DNA of 64,000 nucleotides, from assembly GCA_010093605.1 (NCBI GenBank), contig MU004182.1, positions 2,403,195 to 2,467,194 on the forward strand, in the 5' to 3' direction. Origin of the DNA: Lophium mytilinum. Lineage: Eukaryota. The notes below the pieces were generated by a model. It was not told where the DNA came from, ran no database searches, and saw only the letters and a list, made by a program, of their open reading frames with translations. Shown piece after piece: positions 49,271-64,000 of this stretch (position 1 is its first letter; each line of letters opens with the position of its first letter). The translations under genes were made by a program, and so were the position numbers.

Positions 49271-50231
49271 TTTGTGCTCTTTCTCTTTTCTCACGACGGC
49301 GTTCAGGATTGGGTTGGGCGCGTGCTACCTCCATAGAGCTGGGTGGGTGGGTGCTGGATTCTGGGTTCGCGGGCAAAGGGTCACGTCACGTCTGGGCTGG
49401 ATAGGATAGGATAAGGCAATAACATCGAGGCTTAGAAGTAGGAACAGGCAGGGGGCCGGAAGGGCGCTGCTATCGTAATCACCTATCATCACCTATCATC
49501 TACTATCTCTGCTACGTCTATCATATGTGCACTTCGAGGAGCTTGGGAACCCCCGGAATTTCGCGCTGTGTTCTTTCGTCTGTCGTTTGATTCGCTGGTG
49601 AAGTGCGTTCGTTGGAGTGGAGCTGGCTGTGGGTCGGCCGCATCATGGCACTTGCGCCGAGCGTGTCGATTTCGCGTTTGGCAAAACATTGGAATGGGGG
49701 TGGTTGGGACGGTGGAATTTTGGGAGTTTGATGGTAAATTCATGGCTTTGTAGGTGCGATTTTTCTCATGTAATTATTACGAAGGCGCTCGGTTTGCTCA
49801 ATATCAGCCGTCAAGTCGATATCTTGACAAGGCGATTTCAACTTCAGTCCTCAAATTGAAGGTAGAATACTAAAGTCAACTCATACAAATGTCAAAGTCG
49901 CTTGAAAGAACAAAGCATGCAATTCAAAGTCACTCAAAGCAAAGCAAATATCAAATGAAGTTTAGAAAGTCTTTCATTCCTTTCTGGTTGTCGAGGTATA
50001 ATGTACAACCCAGATGTGAGTACCCCCCAGAATAGTCAGACCGTTAGACATATCTGGCCCGGGAACGCACGAAGCTGATAAAACCGACCCGTGTTCGCAT
50101 GATTAAAGAAAAGAGACCCAGAACACCAGTCACCCCCGGAGACCCGCCTGAATATCCTTCGATCCAAGGACCGAGATAACAGAAATTTCCCAAAAGAAGC
50201 ACCTACTCCCCACCACGAACCGTCAATGCAT

Positions 50232-50902
<671 letters not shown>

Positions 50903-51355
50903 TTTGAGAGTTGGATTGGTGGTGAGAAAGGAGTAAACTGGAGTGCAAAGGCTGGTGGTGATGGGGTGAGATGAAGCTGCGGTGGTCGAGCGGTTGGTGA
51001 TGGATGTGTGGATGAAGGAAGAGGAACAGTCGTCGACGGCGGGGGACGCGGCTACTTATGGGGGCGCGAGCAGTTGTTGTGATCCCGCCTGCCACACCGC
51101 GCGCTGCTTGCTCGCTTAGCGAGGTCGCTCCTGCCTGCGCGCCCCGGGATCACGCTAGCCCGCTCGGCAGGAGTGCAGTGATCTCGCGGCCACAACAATC
51201 GCCCGCCCGCAGTTATAAGCTGCCGTCCCCCCACCACAGCCTCCGTTCTTCTTCCATCAACTCATCCACGACCCATCTCCAGCACCGCATCCGCTATCCG
51301 ACTCGCTCACCCAACTCCACCACCCCAACCAAACCAACCACCAAACTCACTCAAA
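50903..51355. promoter_or_regulatory. Bidirectional H2A/H2B promoter
   Basis: 453 bp between the divergent ATGs, with a GC-rich core and a TATAA-like word near 51214. Individual sites not resolved. Confidence 0.7.
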
Positions 51356-52074
<719 letters not shown>

Positions 52075-53104
52075 TAATCGGGGTTTGGGTTGGTAACTCT
52101 GGGGGTCACGGCTTTATCTGCACAGGGCTTGCAAAGGCTGTACATTACGTCCATGGCAATGGATGAAGTCCTACGAGCTTGAATTCACTGATATCCACTT
52201 ATTTCTTGATTCTCTGGTTGTGACCTGAATGGAGTGATTTTGATTCTTATACTGATGTTCTCCATTTCTTCAGTTCGATATGCATCTTCAGCCAACCGTC
52301 ACTATCTTTCAGAATTGGTAAGAATACTACCGCAACTGGATTGTTCTTACGCATTCGCAACCTAAAGAACAGTTTCTACGAGCGCAAACTTCGGCAAGGG
52401 GAAGGAACCGCGCATGTCAGTAAATAGCGAGCTACAGTGTTTGCTGTTCAAGCTGCCTTCACCACCGGATTTGGCGTGTCTGTAACGGAAATTCCACTCA
52501 ATTGTACCTTGGGAGAGAAGGACAGGTCATCTTCCTTTTGCTTTTTGAGATAGATTTACGATTTGATGGCGGACACACTATTGGTAGCATTTCAAGGCGT
52601 TCTAGCCAATTACATCTGAAATACAGGGCGTTTTGTAAATTTGATACTCGTGTCTTAGCAGCCTTCTACGCAGGAAAGACATGCGAGCAACAGCGAGGCT
52701 ATAACTTTGATAATATAATAGTTCCCAGATAACAACAAAAAGATGGCTGTCGATATCAAACTCACCGTCGTTATGGATATGTGCGGAAAGAGTGACCGGC
52801 TTAGGCTTTTGGCATGCAGAACATTTAAGGCGATTCCATTACCGTCACTTCTGAAAAAGGTTGAGATGTAGCATGTCGCATTATTCAGGAACGAGCTTTC
52901 TGGTGCATAAAGGCTGTGCCGCTGTCTTGTAGATACTGTGAATACACACCTCATCAAAACCACATGCTTCAAGTCATTAGTGCACAATATATTTCACGTT
53001 GCTGTCGTGACGCTGATATGATTCTACAATTCAATCTCTCAATTCCCGTGCCGCTGTATGTACATATAGGTATCTCGAGCCATCAATTCACCACCATCCC
53101 CCGT

Positions 53105-53640
53105 CTAGAGAGTCATGTGTGGAGGAGCTGCACGAACATCAGTAATAATTAACCAACCCAGTATGGGGGAAACGTACGGTCAAGAATCGGAGCTGGGAGG
53201 TTACGTTCGTATTTCGATCCTGCTGCCGTCAGTACTGCCCATATCCCATCAGACGCATCAGTCCCCAGATCTCCTCACCTCCAGGCGCCGTTGGTGGGCG
53301 GTACGGATCCGGATGCTTCCATTTCTCCAGCAGGTTCTCTGTCTCCTGTATGAGGGCCTTTGGCGTGTCAGTCAAGTATCCTTGTGGGTCCTAGGACTGG
53401 TGTATCTTTGCGCAAACGTACTCGTAGCTGGCGTGGCTCGGTGACGTTCCTCTTAGCCTCGAACAGGTCGCGGATGTAGATGGCCTGGCCGCGCCAGAGG
53501 TACCTGTGGACGGCCCAGTCGAGAGAAAGCTTCAGCGAGCGGCGGTAGAGACGCCTGGTGGTGGGTAATTAGCTTGAGAGTGTTGATAGTGGAGGGATCC
53601 AGGCGAGGGAAGCATACAGGACGGTGGTCTTGCTCGCCAT
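53105..53640 (-). CDS. NDUFB9: Complex I accessory subunit NDUFB9/B22 (LYR family); missed by the ORF track
   Basis: Spliced translation MASKTTVLRLYRRSLKLSLDWAVHRYLWRGQAIYIRDLFE...KWKHPDPYRPPTAPGGSKYERNLPAPILDPPPHMTL*. Four short GT-AG introns. Confidence 0.9.
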
Positions 53641-53940
53641 GGCAACGGTGCTTCCAATTGAGACTGCAGCGACAGTCTCTCGGGCGCAATTGCGGCGTAA
53701 TGGGGCAGGGTTGAGAGATGGCCCGTCTCGTCGTCGTGGTGTTGGAGGTTGAGGGCTCGGATCAATCGCGGCTTGGTTGGACCGGGGGCAAGCTTTCAAC
53801 CTTGGAAGCCTCGCAGCAATACAGAACGAACCCCAGCACATCCGTAAATCTCTCACCACGCTCAATTCCTCCTTCCTCACTCACCCCATTTTGCCCTCTC
53901 CTTGTCGCCGTGGTGTTATTCTTCCCTGGTCTTCCCAATC

Positions 53941-55801
53941 ATGTCCGGCCAGCAATGTCTCCGCCGCCTGGCTGCCAGCTCTCCTATGCGTTCACATCCG
54001 CTGCTTCGCGCCTCGACCCTCACAGCGACCGCCCGACGCTCGATTCCTTCCGCCGCCGCCCGTAACTACTCTGCCCTCTCTCAGGCGAACTCCTCTGCGC
54101 TACTCAGCTCGCGGCCTCGGTACGTTGTCGCTGAATTGGCACGTTTCTCCAGGAGCGTCATACTTACGCTGCGCAGGAAAACTACATCATTACCCCAAAC
54201 CTCTCGTCTAAGCCTCACGCAGCACCGTACTTATGGTCAGTTCATTGCTTTGGATCCGCAAGGACTAGACTGACTAGTATCACAGCCGACACCATCGTCA
54301 AGGTGCCGCAGATGGCGGAATCTATCACTGAAGGCACATTGAAGCAGTTCTCAAAACGTAAGCATTGATCGACAAGCTGCTTGCTTGCGCTCCAAGTCTC
54401 TTCACCGACCGGATATCTAAATGCTACTGCAGAGGTTGGCGACTTTGTGGAACAGGACGAGGAAATCGCCACAATCGAGACTGATAAGGTACGCTTTCCG
54501 GGCATCCGGTCTCGGAGCTGAAAGAGGCTGATAGTCTGGCATAGATCGATGTATCCGTCAACGCGCCCGAAGCCGGCACCATCAAGGAGTTTCTGGCGAA
54601 GGAGGAGGACACTGTCACCGTGGGACAAGAGCTGGTGAGGCTTGAGGCTGGCGGCGAGTCCAGCGGCGGAAAGAAGGAGGCCAAGGAAGAACCCAAGGAG
54701 GCTGCGCCAGAAGAGCAGGAAACTTCCTCGCAACCCGAGGGCGGACAAGAGAAGCAGGCCCCCAAGGAGGAGAAGCCGGCACCACCGAAGGAGGAGTCGA
54801 AACCAGAACCTCCCAAGCAAGAGTCGAAACCCGAGCCTCCCAAGCAAGAGTCAAAACCGCAGCCGCCTCCTCAAAAGAAACCGGAGCCTAAAGAGGAGCA
54901 GCCAAAGAAGGTCGAGGGAGCTGGTAACCGGGAAGAGCGACGCGTGAGTGGCAATCCAAGCTCTTACAAGGGAAATATCACGTCTAATATCAGAGCAGGT
55001 CAAGATGAACCGCATGCGTCTCCGCATCGCCGAGCGCCTAAAGCAGTCCCAGAACACTGCCGCATCCCTCACCACCTTCAATGAGGTCGATATGTCATCC
55101 CTGATGGAGTTCCGCAAGCTCTACAAGGACGAGCTTTTGAAGAAGAGCGGCGTCAAGATTGGCTTCATGGGCTTGTTCTCCCGTGCTTGCGTCTTGGCCA
55201 TGAAGGACATCCCGGCCGTCAACGCGTCCATTGAGGGTCCTAATGGCGGAGACACTATCGTCTACAGGGACTACGTCGATATCAGTGTTGCTGTTGCGAC
55301 GCCAAAGGGCTTGGTCACTCCTGTTGTGAGAAACGCGGAGTCCCTGGATGTCATTGGCATTGAGAAGTCTATCGCGGAACTTGGCGCAAAGGCCCGTGAT
55401 AACAAGCTCACGATTGAGGACATGGCCGGCGGAACCTTCACTATCAGCAACGGAGGTGTCTTCGGCTCGTTGATGGGCACGCCCATTATCAACCTTCCCC
55501 AGACTGGTCAGTGACACCCCCTCCCTCTAACGTCAACTCTTGCCTAACACGTTACAGCTGTCCTCGGCCTCCACGCTACCAAGGACAAGCCCGTTGCCAT
55601 CAACGGCAAAGTTGAGATCAGACCCGTAAGAGCTTCCACAACTTCCCTACATTGACCCATCACTAGATCACTAACACCTCACAGATGATGTACCTTGCCC
55701 TAACATACGACCACCGCCTGCTCGACGGTAGGGAAGCCGTCACCTTCCTCGTCCAGGTCAAGAAGTACATCGAAGACCCACGCCTTATGTTGCTCGGTTA
55801 A
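53941..55801 (+). CDS. KGD2: Dihydrolipoamide succinyltransferase (2-oxoglutarate dehydrogenase E2)
   Basis: Arg/Ser-rich presequence, lipoyl domain ([16 protein letters not shown]), [27 protein letters not shown] and catalytic YDHRLLDG. Confidence 0.96.
54782..54870 (+). repeat. Coding 27-bp tandem repeat in the KGD2 hinge
   Basis: [27 protein letters not shown]. Confidence 0.8.
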
Positions 55802-58551
55802 ATCCGTCACACCTTTGAATCTTGCTTCACTTGCTTTTGGCATGCCGTTTTAGCATAAACGCCTAAATCCCGGCTTCCTGCGTCCGTATCATATGTGTCT
55901 ATTCTGCCTCTTTTTGTACACTTGCGGTTTCTGAAGCCTAGGCTGCGGTTCTAGATGAGCGTGCGGTGGAGATTGTACTATTAGTCTATTGGGAGGGGTG
56001 GTCGGCTGGGTTGGTGAGGTTTTGGGCGGGGGGTGGAAGGATTGGTGATGTGGTGGGTTCGGAAAAGCATATGAATGTGTTGCATCGTTCCTGGTTTCTT
56101 GTGCCGTGTTGATGATGTGGTGCTTGTGCACTTGAATCCGTGATTGTGAAGGTGCTGCTGAGTCCATAGCTGTCTCGTTCGTTGATGCGATGTGAGCTTC
56201 GAGTATTTCCATAGACGCTACCAATCCTATAACGTGGATATGAAAATATACCAACAACGTTGCTTAGACTTACCAGAGCAGTACGGTGGCCTGGTGAGAA
56301 GATGACCTTCAATATGCCGGTGAGCGAGGTCTTGGCATTTTCTGTGAGTAACTTATAGAGACTTGTTTGAAAACCACGGCGCCACCGATGGCTCTCGACA
56401 CTCGAAACTTCAAAAAATATATACTAGCAGTACAAATAGTATACTCCAGCTACTTTTCCTTTTTTTCCTATCTTGATTTCTAGCTGGATTTTCAAAAGGA
56501 GTAGCCGATCTGCGACTTTGGTGCTGGAACACAGATGTATACGCCACATAATGCCTTGATTATGTCTATGCTAGCTCTAGTACCCTTTCTGATATGTAAA
56601 TTATCTACCCAATGAGTTTAAATCCCATAGGATTTGTCGTGGTGGCGTGGTTTTCAAATAAGCCCCAGCCCATCGGCCTCCAACTCGCGCACGGTCCAGC
56701 TTCCTGATCTCCCTTGGAAAGTGACTTTGGATTCGATTATCTCAACACCATGAAGTCTGCTCGTGATGATACTCGTAGTATGAGCTCTTATGGTTTGGTT
56801 ACTCTTGTGTGCTTGGTTTGGAGTTGATCGGACTTGAACCTCATGTTTTTGTTTCACGGATCTTTTCACCATTTGAGAACCGAATTGTACACACTGGAAT
56901 TGTAGTGGTAAGATACTCAAACTTACACAAATACTAAGATTGACACAGATCGAAAGATAAACTTCTGATATACTACACAAATACGTTTTAGAGCTGCAGC
57001 ACGTCAGTAAAGGTGGTAACAGGTCACTGTCTCTGCACGGTGGGCGCCAGAACGACGCCAAGACCAAGGACATAGGTATGACGGATAAGTCATGGGATTC
57101 GCGCATGGATCTCTCGAAGAACTATAAAGCTGTTCGTAATTCCAGGCGATTGGAACAAGTGCATGTCTGACCCAGACGGAAGGAGTGGTACTGCAAATAC
57201 TGTCATTTGGCAAGATTATGTGGGCCGGACGGCGGGATAGGCTCAATAAGATCGAAGAAAAAGACGAATGGAGGGGAGAAGGCGGAAGATATATGTAATA
57301 GTGAGTCTCATCACTCTTATACAACTATGATGTCCTTCACATGGTCAATATTCAATATATCACTACCTCCGTTGGCGGGAGTGCTACATGTTCACGACTT
57401 GCGGATAGATAGCATCACCATCTCGAGACAACGAGCCTCCAAGATCCACCGGAAGCCATCAATAGCTCTTCTGAATTGTTTGATGCCGCCCCTCCCTCCA
57501 TCAGTCAGTGGCTTTGCTCAGTTTGTTGGCCGACGCCACACCATACGAGCAGACTCGCTATCATTTTTACTCATCAGACCAGCAGACTTCAGTCGCAGAA
57601 GCCCCTAGCCGAAGCCCCGAAACCATACAGAAGAAAGCAGAGAGCCCTGGAGTGGTAGCTTACATATGCCGGAGAAAGTAGATGTCATGAGACTACGGTC
57701 GTGATTCTGGACCGGTCACGACGTCAACTCGGGCCGGGAAAACATGTGAACGGGAATCGTCACAAGATCAGATCGCGACAGACCCTACCCACCATACCGA
57801 AATTCATACCCCTAAGAGCTGTCACATTGGCGGCGTTCACCCGTTGCCTTGCTTCCCGCCCTCCCCCCCGCCACAGCTCCCATGCCCTGCCTCGATCCAG
57901 CTTTCCAAAGGCCGCGTATTCGCTACTCAACTACGTCACTCGCTCTTCGCACTCTCTCCCCCCATCCACAGAGAAGACAGAACATGGATTGTCGGTGCCG
58001 CCACTTCGCCAATCTCAGACAAGAAGACTACCTGCTAACGGCTTGGCGAGAACGGAGGTGGATCGGTTGCGTCCCAGGAAGTCATTCTCCCGGGGCAGGC
58101 TGGGTGTGTCCACACTAGAATGAATATAGTGATGGTGGAGGAGATTAAGTAGATGCTGGAGACTTCGCGTACAAGAGGAAGATATAGATTTCGGAGAGAA
58201 GATGCCAAAGGATGAAGTTGAGGCTAAGTAGTGAGGCAGAAAGTGTTATGTGCAATGTGTCACCTTCGACTATAATCGTTCTAATGAGTACTCTTCACCT
58301 CAATCGAAAACCAAGTAGCTAGTCCAGAGAGCATGGATCGTTGGGCACAAAAGTTACTTTCACAACGCGTAGAGTCGAGCATGAGAACACAGCACCCTTC
58401 GTTAGCTCCCATGCGAGCATCATACATAATATGCGTATCAATGCAACCAGTCATCACCCAAAACCCATGCCAGGCCGTCCCTCCATCCGTTCCCCACTGT
58501 CATAAAACACACATAACCGTCCAATGTTCGGAATATACTCTCGTAACTACC

Positions 58552-61202
58552 TCAGCCTCCCCTCTCGCCAAACTCCCTAGCCCAGTCCTCGAATTGCTTA
58601 AGGCCCTCTTTACTCACACTAGGCCGAATCGTCGACAAACTCGCAACGAAGTCCTCGAACTGGATCGGGCGGATCTCATCCATGGTCATATGGAGCAGTT
58701 TCTCGCCCAAGCTGCGGAGCGGGCCCATGGCGGCGTCTTTGGCGAGGGCGGTGATGTCGGAACCGGAAAAGCCTATTGAGAGCGTTAGAATCTAAGCTAA
58801 ATCAAGCACTCGACTGCTATGGAGCTCTATCAAGACGAAGAAGGGGAGTACATACCATCCGTAAGTTTGATCAATGCGTCCAGGTCACGATCTGTCAGCC
58901 CATGCTTCTGGTGGCTCAACAGCGTGCCCAATTGCGTCTTCCGTACGTGGTCTTCTGGCAGCGGGATGTACTGTCGTCGCACGAATCGCCTCCTCGCCGC
59001 CTCGTCGATAGCCCACGGCAGATTAGTGGCTGCGAGGACCAGCACGCGACTCGCATCGCCCCTCTCTCGATCCCGTTCGCTCTGCTCTCGTCCGGCTGCC
59101 GCTTTCGCGAGATCCGACCACTGTATCAGGAACTCTGTTTTAATTCGGCGTGTCGCTTCATGCTCTCCAGAGCCAGAGCGCGAAGAGAGTAGAGAGTCAA
59201 TTTCGTCGACGAAGATGATCGAGGGGGCGAGAGCTTTGGCAAGCTGGAAGAGGGCGCGAACGAGCTTCTCTGACTCGCCCAGGAATTTGCTCGTCAAGCT
59301 GCTCGCGGAGATGGCGAAGAAAGTGGATTTAGACTCGGTTGCAACGGCGCGTGCCAGCATAGTTTTTCCAGTTCCTGGTGGCCCAAAGAGGAGCATGCCT
59401 CTTGCCGGTTCGCGCAGACCCATGAATAGATCGGGCCGGAGGAAAGGGTAGACAACTGTTTCCTTCAGCGCTGACTTCGCAATGTCTAACCCGGCCACGT
59501 CGTCCCAGTGAACCTCATCACCCTGTATCACGATCTCGTTGAATATCTGCTTTGCTGCGGCTTCATCGACGCCTTTTGGTAGATTTTTCATGAGATGGTC
59601 TACTTTCTCTTTCCACTGGTCAGACTCAGCGCGGCTTTCCCTCTCATCTTCGGACTCTTGAGAAGTCGGCGTTGGGGGAAGATCTGCGCGAATGGTGTCT
59701 GCGCGCGACCCTCTTTGGCGATTTGGCCTCAGGGAGAGGTCTTCGATGCCGCTATTCATAACATCGTCCCCACTTTCTGATTCCGTGTCAAGAGAGCGAG
59801 CAGATCGAGAAGGAATCCCTTTCCGACGCGGCGTTGCTGACGAGGGGCCGATACTGAATTGATCCTCCAGCATCTCTGGTGAGTCATTAGGTCCTCGGCC
59901 TGTTCGTACTCGCGCAGTTGCTGTGTTCGCAAGTTTTCGAGATTTTCCTTCTGCTTTTGGATACTCATTCCTGTATGACAGCATATTGGGAGCTTGCCGT
60001 TGCGGCGCTCTGGTCTGGTTAGTTTGGTTCTGAAGAGATTTGGCGTGGTGCTTATGCGGTGGAGGTGTAGGAGGTGCGTCTCGGCGTGGTCTTGGTGATC
60101 TTGAGGGTTCTGGGGGCATGGACAAGGGAAGGGGTGTGTGTTGGGCTCTGGTATGTGCTGAGGCTTCTGCAGCGCTGGGAGGTTCGCTGTACTTAAAATA
60201 GAAGGGACTAAGACCAGGCTCCGTGTTGTTGCTGCTTGTTCTGGAAATGAAACGATCTGTGTCTTCTCGAGAGGACCGCCTTTCGAAAGAAGATCGGGTC
60301 GAGGAGTCATTTGCTGCGGATATCGATTCCTTGCTAGGCTCTCGCTGAGTATAGAGCTGCCAAGCACTCAATCTCGTGGTAGGCCCCCAAGCTTGGGTAG
60401 CTGCCTTTGCAGCAGCTGGGGGCTTGCTCCGCATGGAAGAAGGCATTTTCGAGGAGGATTGCGGTCTTTCTCCATCCTTCCTGCCGGGCCTAAGGGTCCT
60501 TAGCATACCTCCTTTCTTCTCTGGGCTTGGCGTTCTCGCAGGCTTCTTCGTTATGGCGGGAGCTGGCGACAGTCTAGCAGGAGAAGGGCCCCTGAAGCCT
60601 GGCGGTATAGCCTTGGACCTAGACTGATCCGCTCCGGAGCTTTTCCGTAGCTGCATCGACGGCCGTTGAGGTAGAGGTGGGCGTGAGAGGTCTGTGTACC
60701 CAACGGCAGGGATCGTTCCTCCTCCAAGATAGCCGCTCCTCTCACTCTCTGGAGCCCCTGGAGCTCGTAGTGTATCGCTGAACGGATTTATAGGGGCAGA
60801 AGATAGTTGGTTGCTGGCGCTTGGGTCGTCCTTAGCCTTCTTTGCTTCATCTCGACTTCGCTTCAGGGCTTCTAGCAGGTCAACGCGCTCCTTGCACTGT
60901 AGCTCCAGGGAATGCAGCGAATCCTGGAGGGCCTTCTCGGTCTCGGTTCGCGGGCGGTAGGTGGCAGGGACGCGGTAGGCATTGTGGTAGTAGATCTGGT
61001 CGAGGGCATCGCGCCAGGACCGCAAGGCTTCGGCCTCGTTGCTCTAATTTACCCACAGTTAGCTCCGACAGCAGCATAGGGTGACAGTCGCGGCGCAGGA
61101 GACATGGCGTACCTGGCTCTCGAAGTAGACGGCAGTGGAACAGGTCAGAAAGCACTCGTCGTACGTCTTCTGCATCGCGGACGAGGGGTTGCTGCGCATC
61201 AT
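58552..61202 (-). CDS. Spastin/Sap1/Yta6-like AAA+ ATPase
   Basis: N-terminal [18 protein letters not shown], Walker A GPPGTGKT, Walker [28 protein letters not shown], and a Vps4_C-like tail (IRPSVS...EFGERGG*). Two introns. Confidence 0.92.
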
Positions 61203-62051
61203 TGGGGACGGTGGTTGGCACACCCAAGCTGGACGCAGGCCTGCACAAGGGGTATTTGAGGTCGTTAGCAGTTGACCGCGTCGCAGGAGCGCTCAGCAGC
61301 AGTCAGCAAGCGTCGTTGGTGCTGTGGCTGGGGAGGCTAGCCTGCTGGTGGTGAGGACTTCGTGTCGGCCGGCGTTCCTCTGGTGACGTCGCTCGTCCAC
61401 TCGCGATGGGTCGTGTGCTGCTGCGCAATGATCTTTGTGCTGCCTCAACACTATCCCCCAGCAGAGTACGCAGCGCTGAAAACTGAATTGCGGGCGCGCC
61501 CAGAATGTTTCATGCATGGGATACACGCCACAGGCCCCTGGACGACAGCTGCTCCCTTGCGTGGCGACAAATGGAGGGGCGGGCTGGCTGGCTGTGAGGC
61601 TCTGCCCGTTTCACGCTGTTTTATCGATACACACCTGCACAAATGTCGAGGGCGGGCGCGACCAAGTGCAACAACGGCGCTTCGAGAGCGCGCTCCAGAA
61701 GCTTGTTTGCGGCCTACTATGATACATGCTGCTTGCCCAAGATAGGCCCCGAAGCCCAACTCGCCGACGCCTGGCCTTGGACTGAAACGATCAAAGAACC
61801 TCTATCATATACAATATAAGTCGCGGCGATGCGCTAGAATCGCCATGCATGCAAAGGGACAACGCCGAGTTTTCTGAGTCGACGCCGAGATGATCCAGAA
61901 GACCTCCACTTTCTCTCTTGAAATACCAGTTGCCGAGGACGGTGATACATGCTGGCAGGCACGCAAGTGCGCGAGCAGACTCCCCGAACATCCAACGGAT
62001 CATGTTCCACGTAATTTTGAATTAGCCGCCAGCGAGCCTCGCCGACCATGG

Positions 62052-63366
62052 TTATCGCTGCACTTCGTTGCGGGCAATGAAGAATGCCTTCGCCATTTCG
62101 TAGGCCGACCTGGGCGCCAAGTCAGCATGTCCCTCTCAGCGGAGTAGTTCGCACTCACCAGCATATTGCCGTGCTCGGCATCGTCGTGATGATCCTGGGC
62201 TTGAGCCCGCGGAAGAAGCCCCGGTAGCCCTCCCGCCTCTTGATAATCGCTGCCGCCTGCCACAGCCCAGAGACGTTCCGTAGCTCGGGCTCAGTCGCAT
62301 TTCCCCTGGTCTGTAGAAGCGTCTTGATGACATCTAGCGGAGTAGTAAGGCCTGCTGCGAGCCCTCCCGCGAGGCCACCTGCCGTACAATGCGTATACGG
62401 GTCGTACCGCCCAGTAGGGTTAATGGATTTTGAAATCGACTCGTAAGCTGTGAACTGGAGCGCCGTAAATGGTACCGTCATGCATAGTGTCGTGGGGTAC
62501 GAGACGTAGAAGGCGGTGAAGCCCTCCTTTCGGAAGACCGACTTCGCACACTGTCCGAAAGATCTGTAGACCGAACCGTGTAGCTGCATCCGCTGTTTGA
62601 TGACTGCAATAATGAGCGCGTGCGATGGACCGTGAATATCGTGAAGCTTACCATCGAATGGATTCATCAACGCATCGCTTGCAATCGTTGCTGCCGCGCC
62701 GCTCACAGCTGCAGGATGTCAGTTCAAGGCCTTTTTCGTCCGGACTGGAGGTGTCAATTCTTACCAGCTGCTAGAGGGTGGTGCTCTTCATGGCCCCCCT
62801 CATTGCCGCCCATCGCATGCTTTACCGCCTCATATGATGCAAAATATACAGCATGCGCCGGCCCTGCCCAGCATCGTCAGTTTTGTCCCGAGCCTGAAAG
62901 CCAGGACGACTACTAACCAGCCCCTAATACCACGCTTGATAAGCCCTTCCATAATGTCCTGAACCCCTCTACCCTCGAAATTGTGACCACGGCGTTCGAT
63001 ATGCCAGTATATACGGCGGTTGGTGACGGATTGACGACCTGCATCCTAGTCTGGCAACGACGTTAATATTGGAGGAGAGCAGGAGCTGGTGGGTATGGAT
63101 ACGGACCTTGAGCAGGTCGATCGGGTACATCACCGAGTGCTCCTGCGCAGTGTTAGAATATCGCGGGGAGAGATAGGCATGTCGTTCGCGGCTCATACGG
63201 CAATTCCAGCAAACGCGCCAGCCACCATGTTGGCGGAGAGGGAGAAGTTCGGCGGGAGAGATTCATAACTAGAGACGCAGATTAGCATTGAACATCTGTC
63301 GCGGGTGTCTGCGGAGATGTACTCGTGGTCTTCTACTTCCACACCTATCCGCTCATGGGTGGCCAT
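62052..63366 (-). CDS. MRS3: Mitochondrial iron carrier, mitoferrin Mrs3/Mrs4-like
   Basis: YESLP N-terminus and three Px[DE]xx[KR] signatures (YPIDLLK, NPFDVIKQR, TPLDVIKT). Also GAGPAHAVYF and PFTALQF. About six introns. Confidence 0.9.
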
Positions 63367-64000
63367 AAAATCCACCTCGCCCCACAGAATCGTGCTGCAA
63401 CTTAGGTGGGAGGTTCGACGGCGAGTACGAAGAGATGTATGAGGGTACACGGCGGGTAGAGGCAATCGAGGGAGCACAGTGGCGTTGGGGAGAAGCGCAG
63501 TTACAGCAATTGTTTTTAAGGTCTCGGATTAAGAGGGCGCGGCCGGGTCGCTCCTCGGCGAAGCTTGGACAGAAAAGAAGGCCTGCGTCACGGAGGAGAC
63601 AAAGGCTTGCACCTCGAACGTTGCGCAGAGCCACCACTTTCTCGCATATTGCAACGATTAAAATATAGAAGTTTATTCTGGAGACGATTGTCTGGTAGCT
63701 ATGCTTTTGGAACGATCCCCTAGATCTCTGAATCGTACATGCGAAACTGAAAAAAGTGCGTCCGCTGCCGCGGAGATGTTCACCTTTGAAAAACTAAGTC
63801 TCGACGGCTAAAGGGTGGAATATAAGTCTATAGTGAATTTAGAAAACCCTTCTGAGCGGGTTTCTGGATTTCTCGATAATGTGCTGCCATTCGAGCAGAG
63901 CAACCGGTGTGGGAGAGTACCACTCTATGACGCCTGCAGGTCATCTGTTGAAGACCGCCCTGCTGCCAAGGTAATTCTGCGAGGACACGATGAGCGACCC

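Noticed and set aside
49398..49522. GATAG/CTATC repeats after ATG4
   Set aside because: Simple low-complexity sequence in a 3' region, with no support as GATA-factor sites.
56108..56162. TGATGA...CTGA pair resembling a C/D snoRNA (a similar pair lies near 26523-26564)
   Set aside because: Too short, no terminal stem, and no rRNA complementarity that I can recognise.
58333..59451. Long plus-strand ORFs opposite the AAA ATPase (and similar ones opposite RPL12, KGD2 and SQS1)
   Set aside because: Antisense shadows of codon-biased, GC-rich genes, with no motifs.

Overview
Gene-dense eukaryotic DNA from a filamentous ascomycete (Pezizomycotina-type short GT-AG introns with CTRAC branch points). 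I can assemble about 27 mostly spliced protein-coding genes by hand. I found no rRNA, tRNA, CRISPR array or intact transposase. Housekeeping genes include a DHR2-like helicase, a KEL3-like kelch protein, RPL12, SQS1, ATG4, H2B/H2A, NDUFB9, KGD2, a spastin-like AAA ATPase and mitoferrin. Four things stand out. (1) A 3.8-kb two-gene cassette (secreted PAF-acetylhydrolase-like esterase plus a divergent Zn2Cys6 factor) is bracketed by ~120-bp inverted repeats and sits in an accessory island between RPL12 and SQS1. (2) A putative organosulfur-scavenging cluster (FMO, Seo1/Liz1-type MFS transporter, two TauD dioxygenases) shares a CYS-3/MetR-like promoter word. (3) An uncharacterised protein joins an Rqt4/TRIP4-like N-terminal domain, five PY motifs and a VWA/MIDAS domain. 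(4) Two introns need a GC donor to splice, one of them inside the zinc cluster of the transcription factor. Splice boundaries and family calls were made by eye and from recalled motifs, with no database search.
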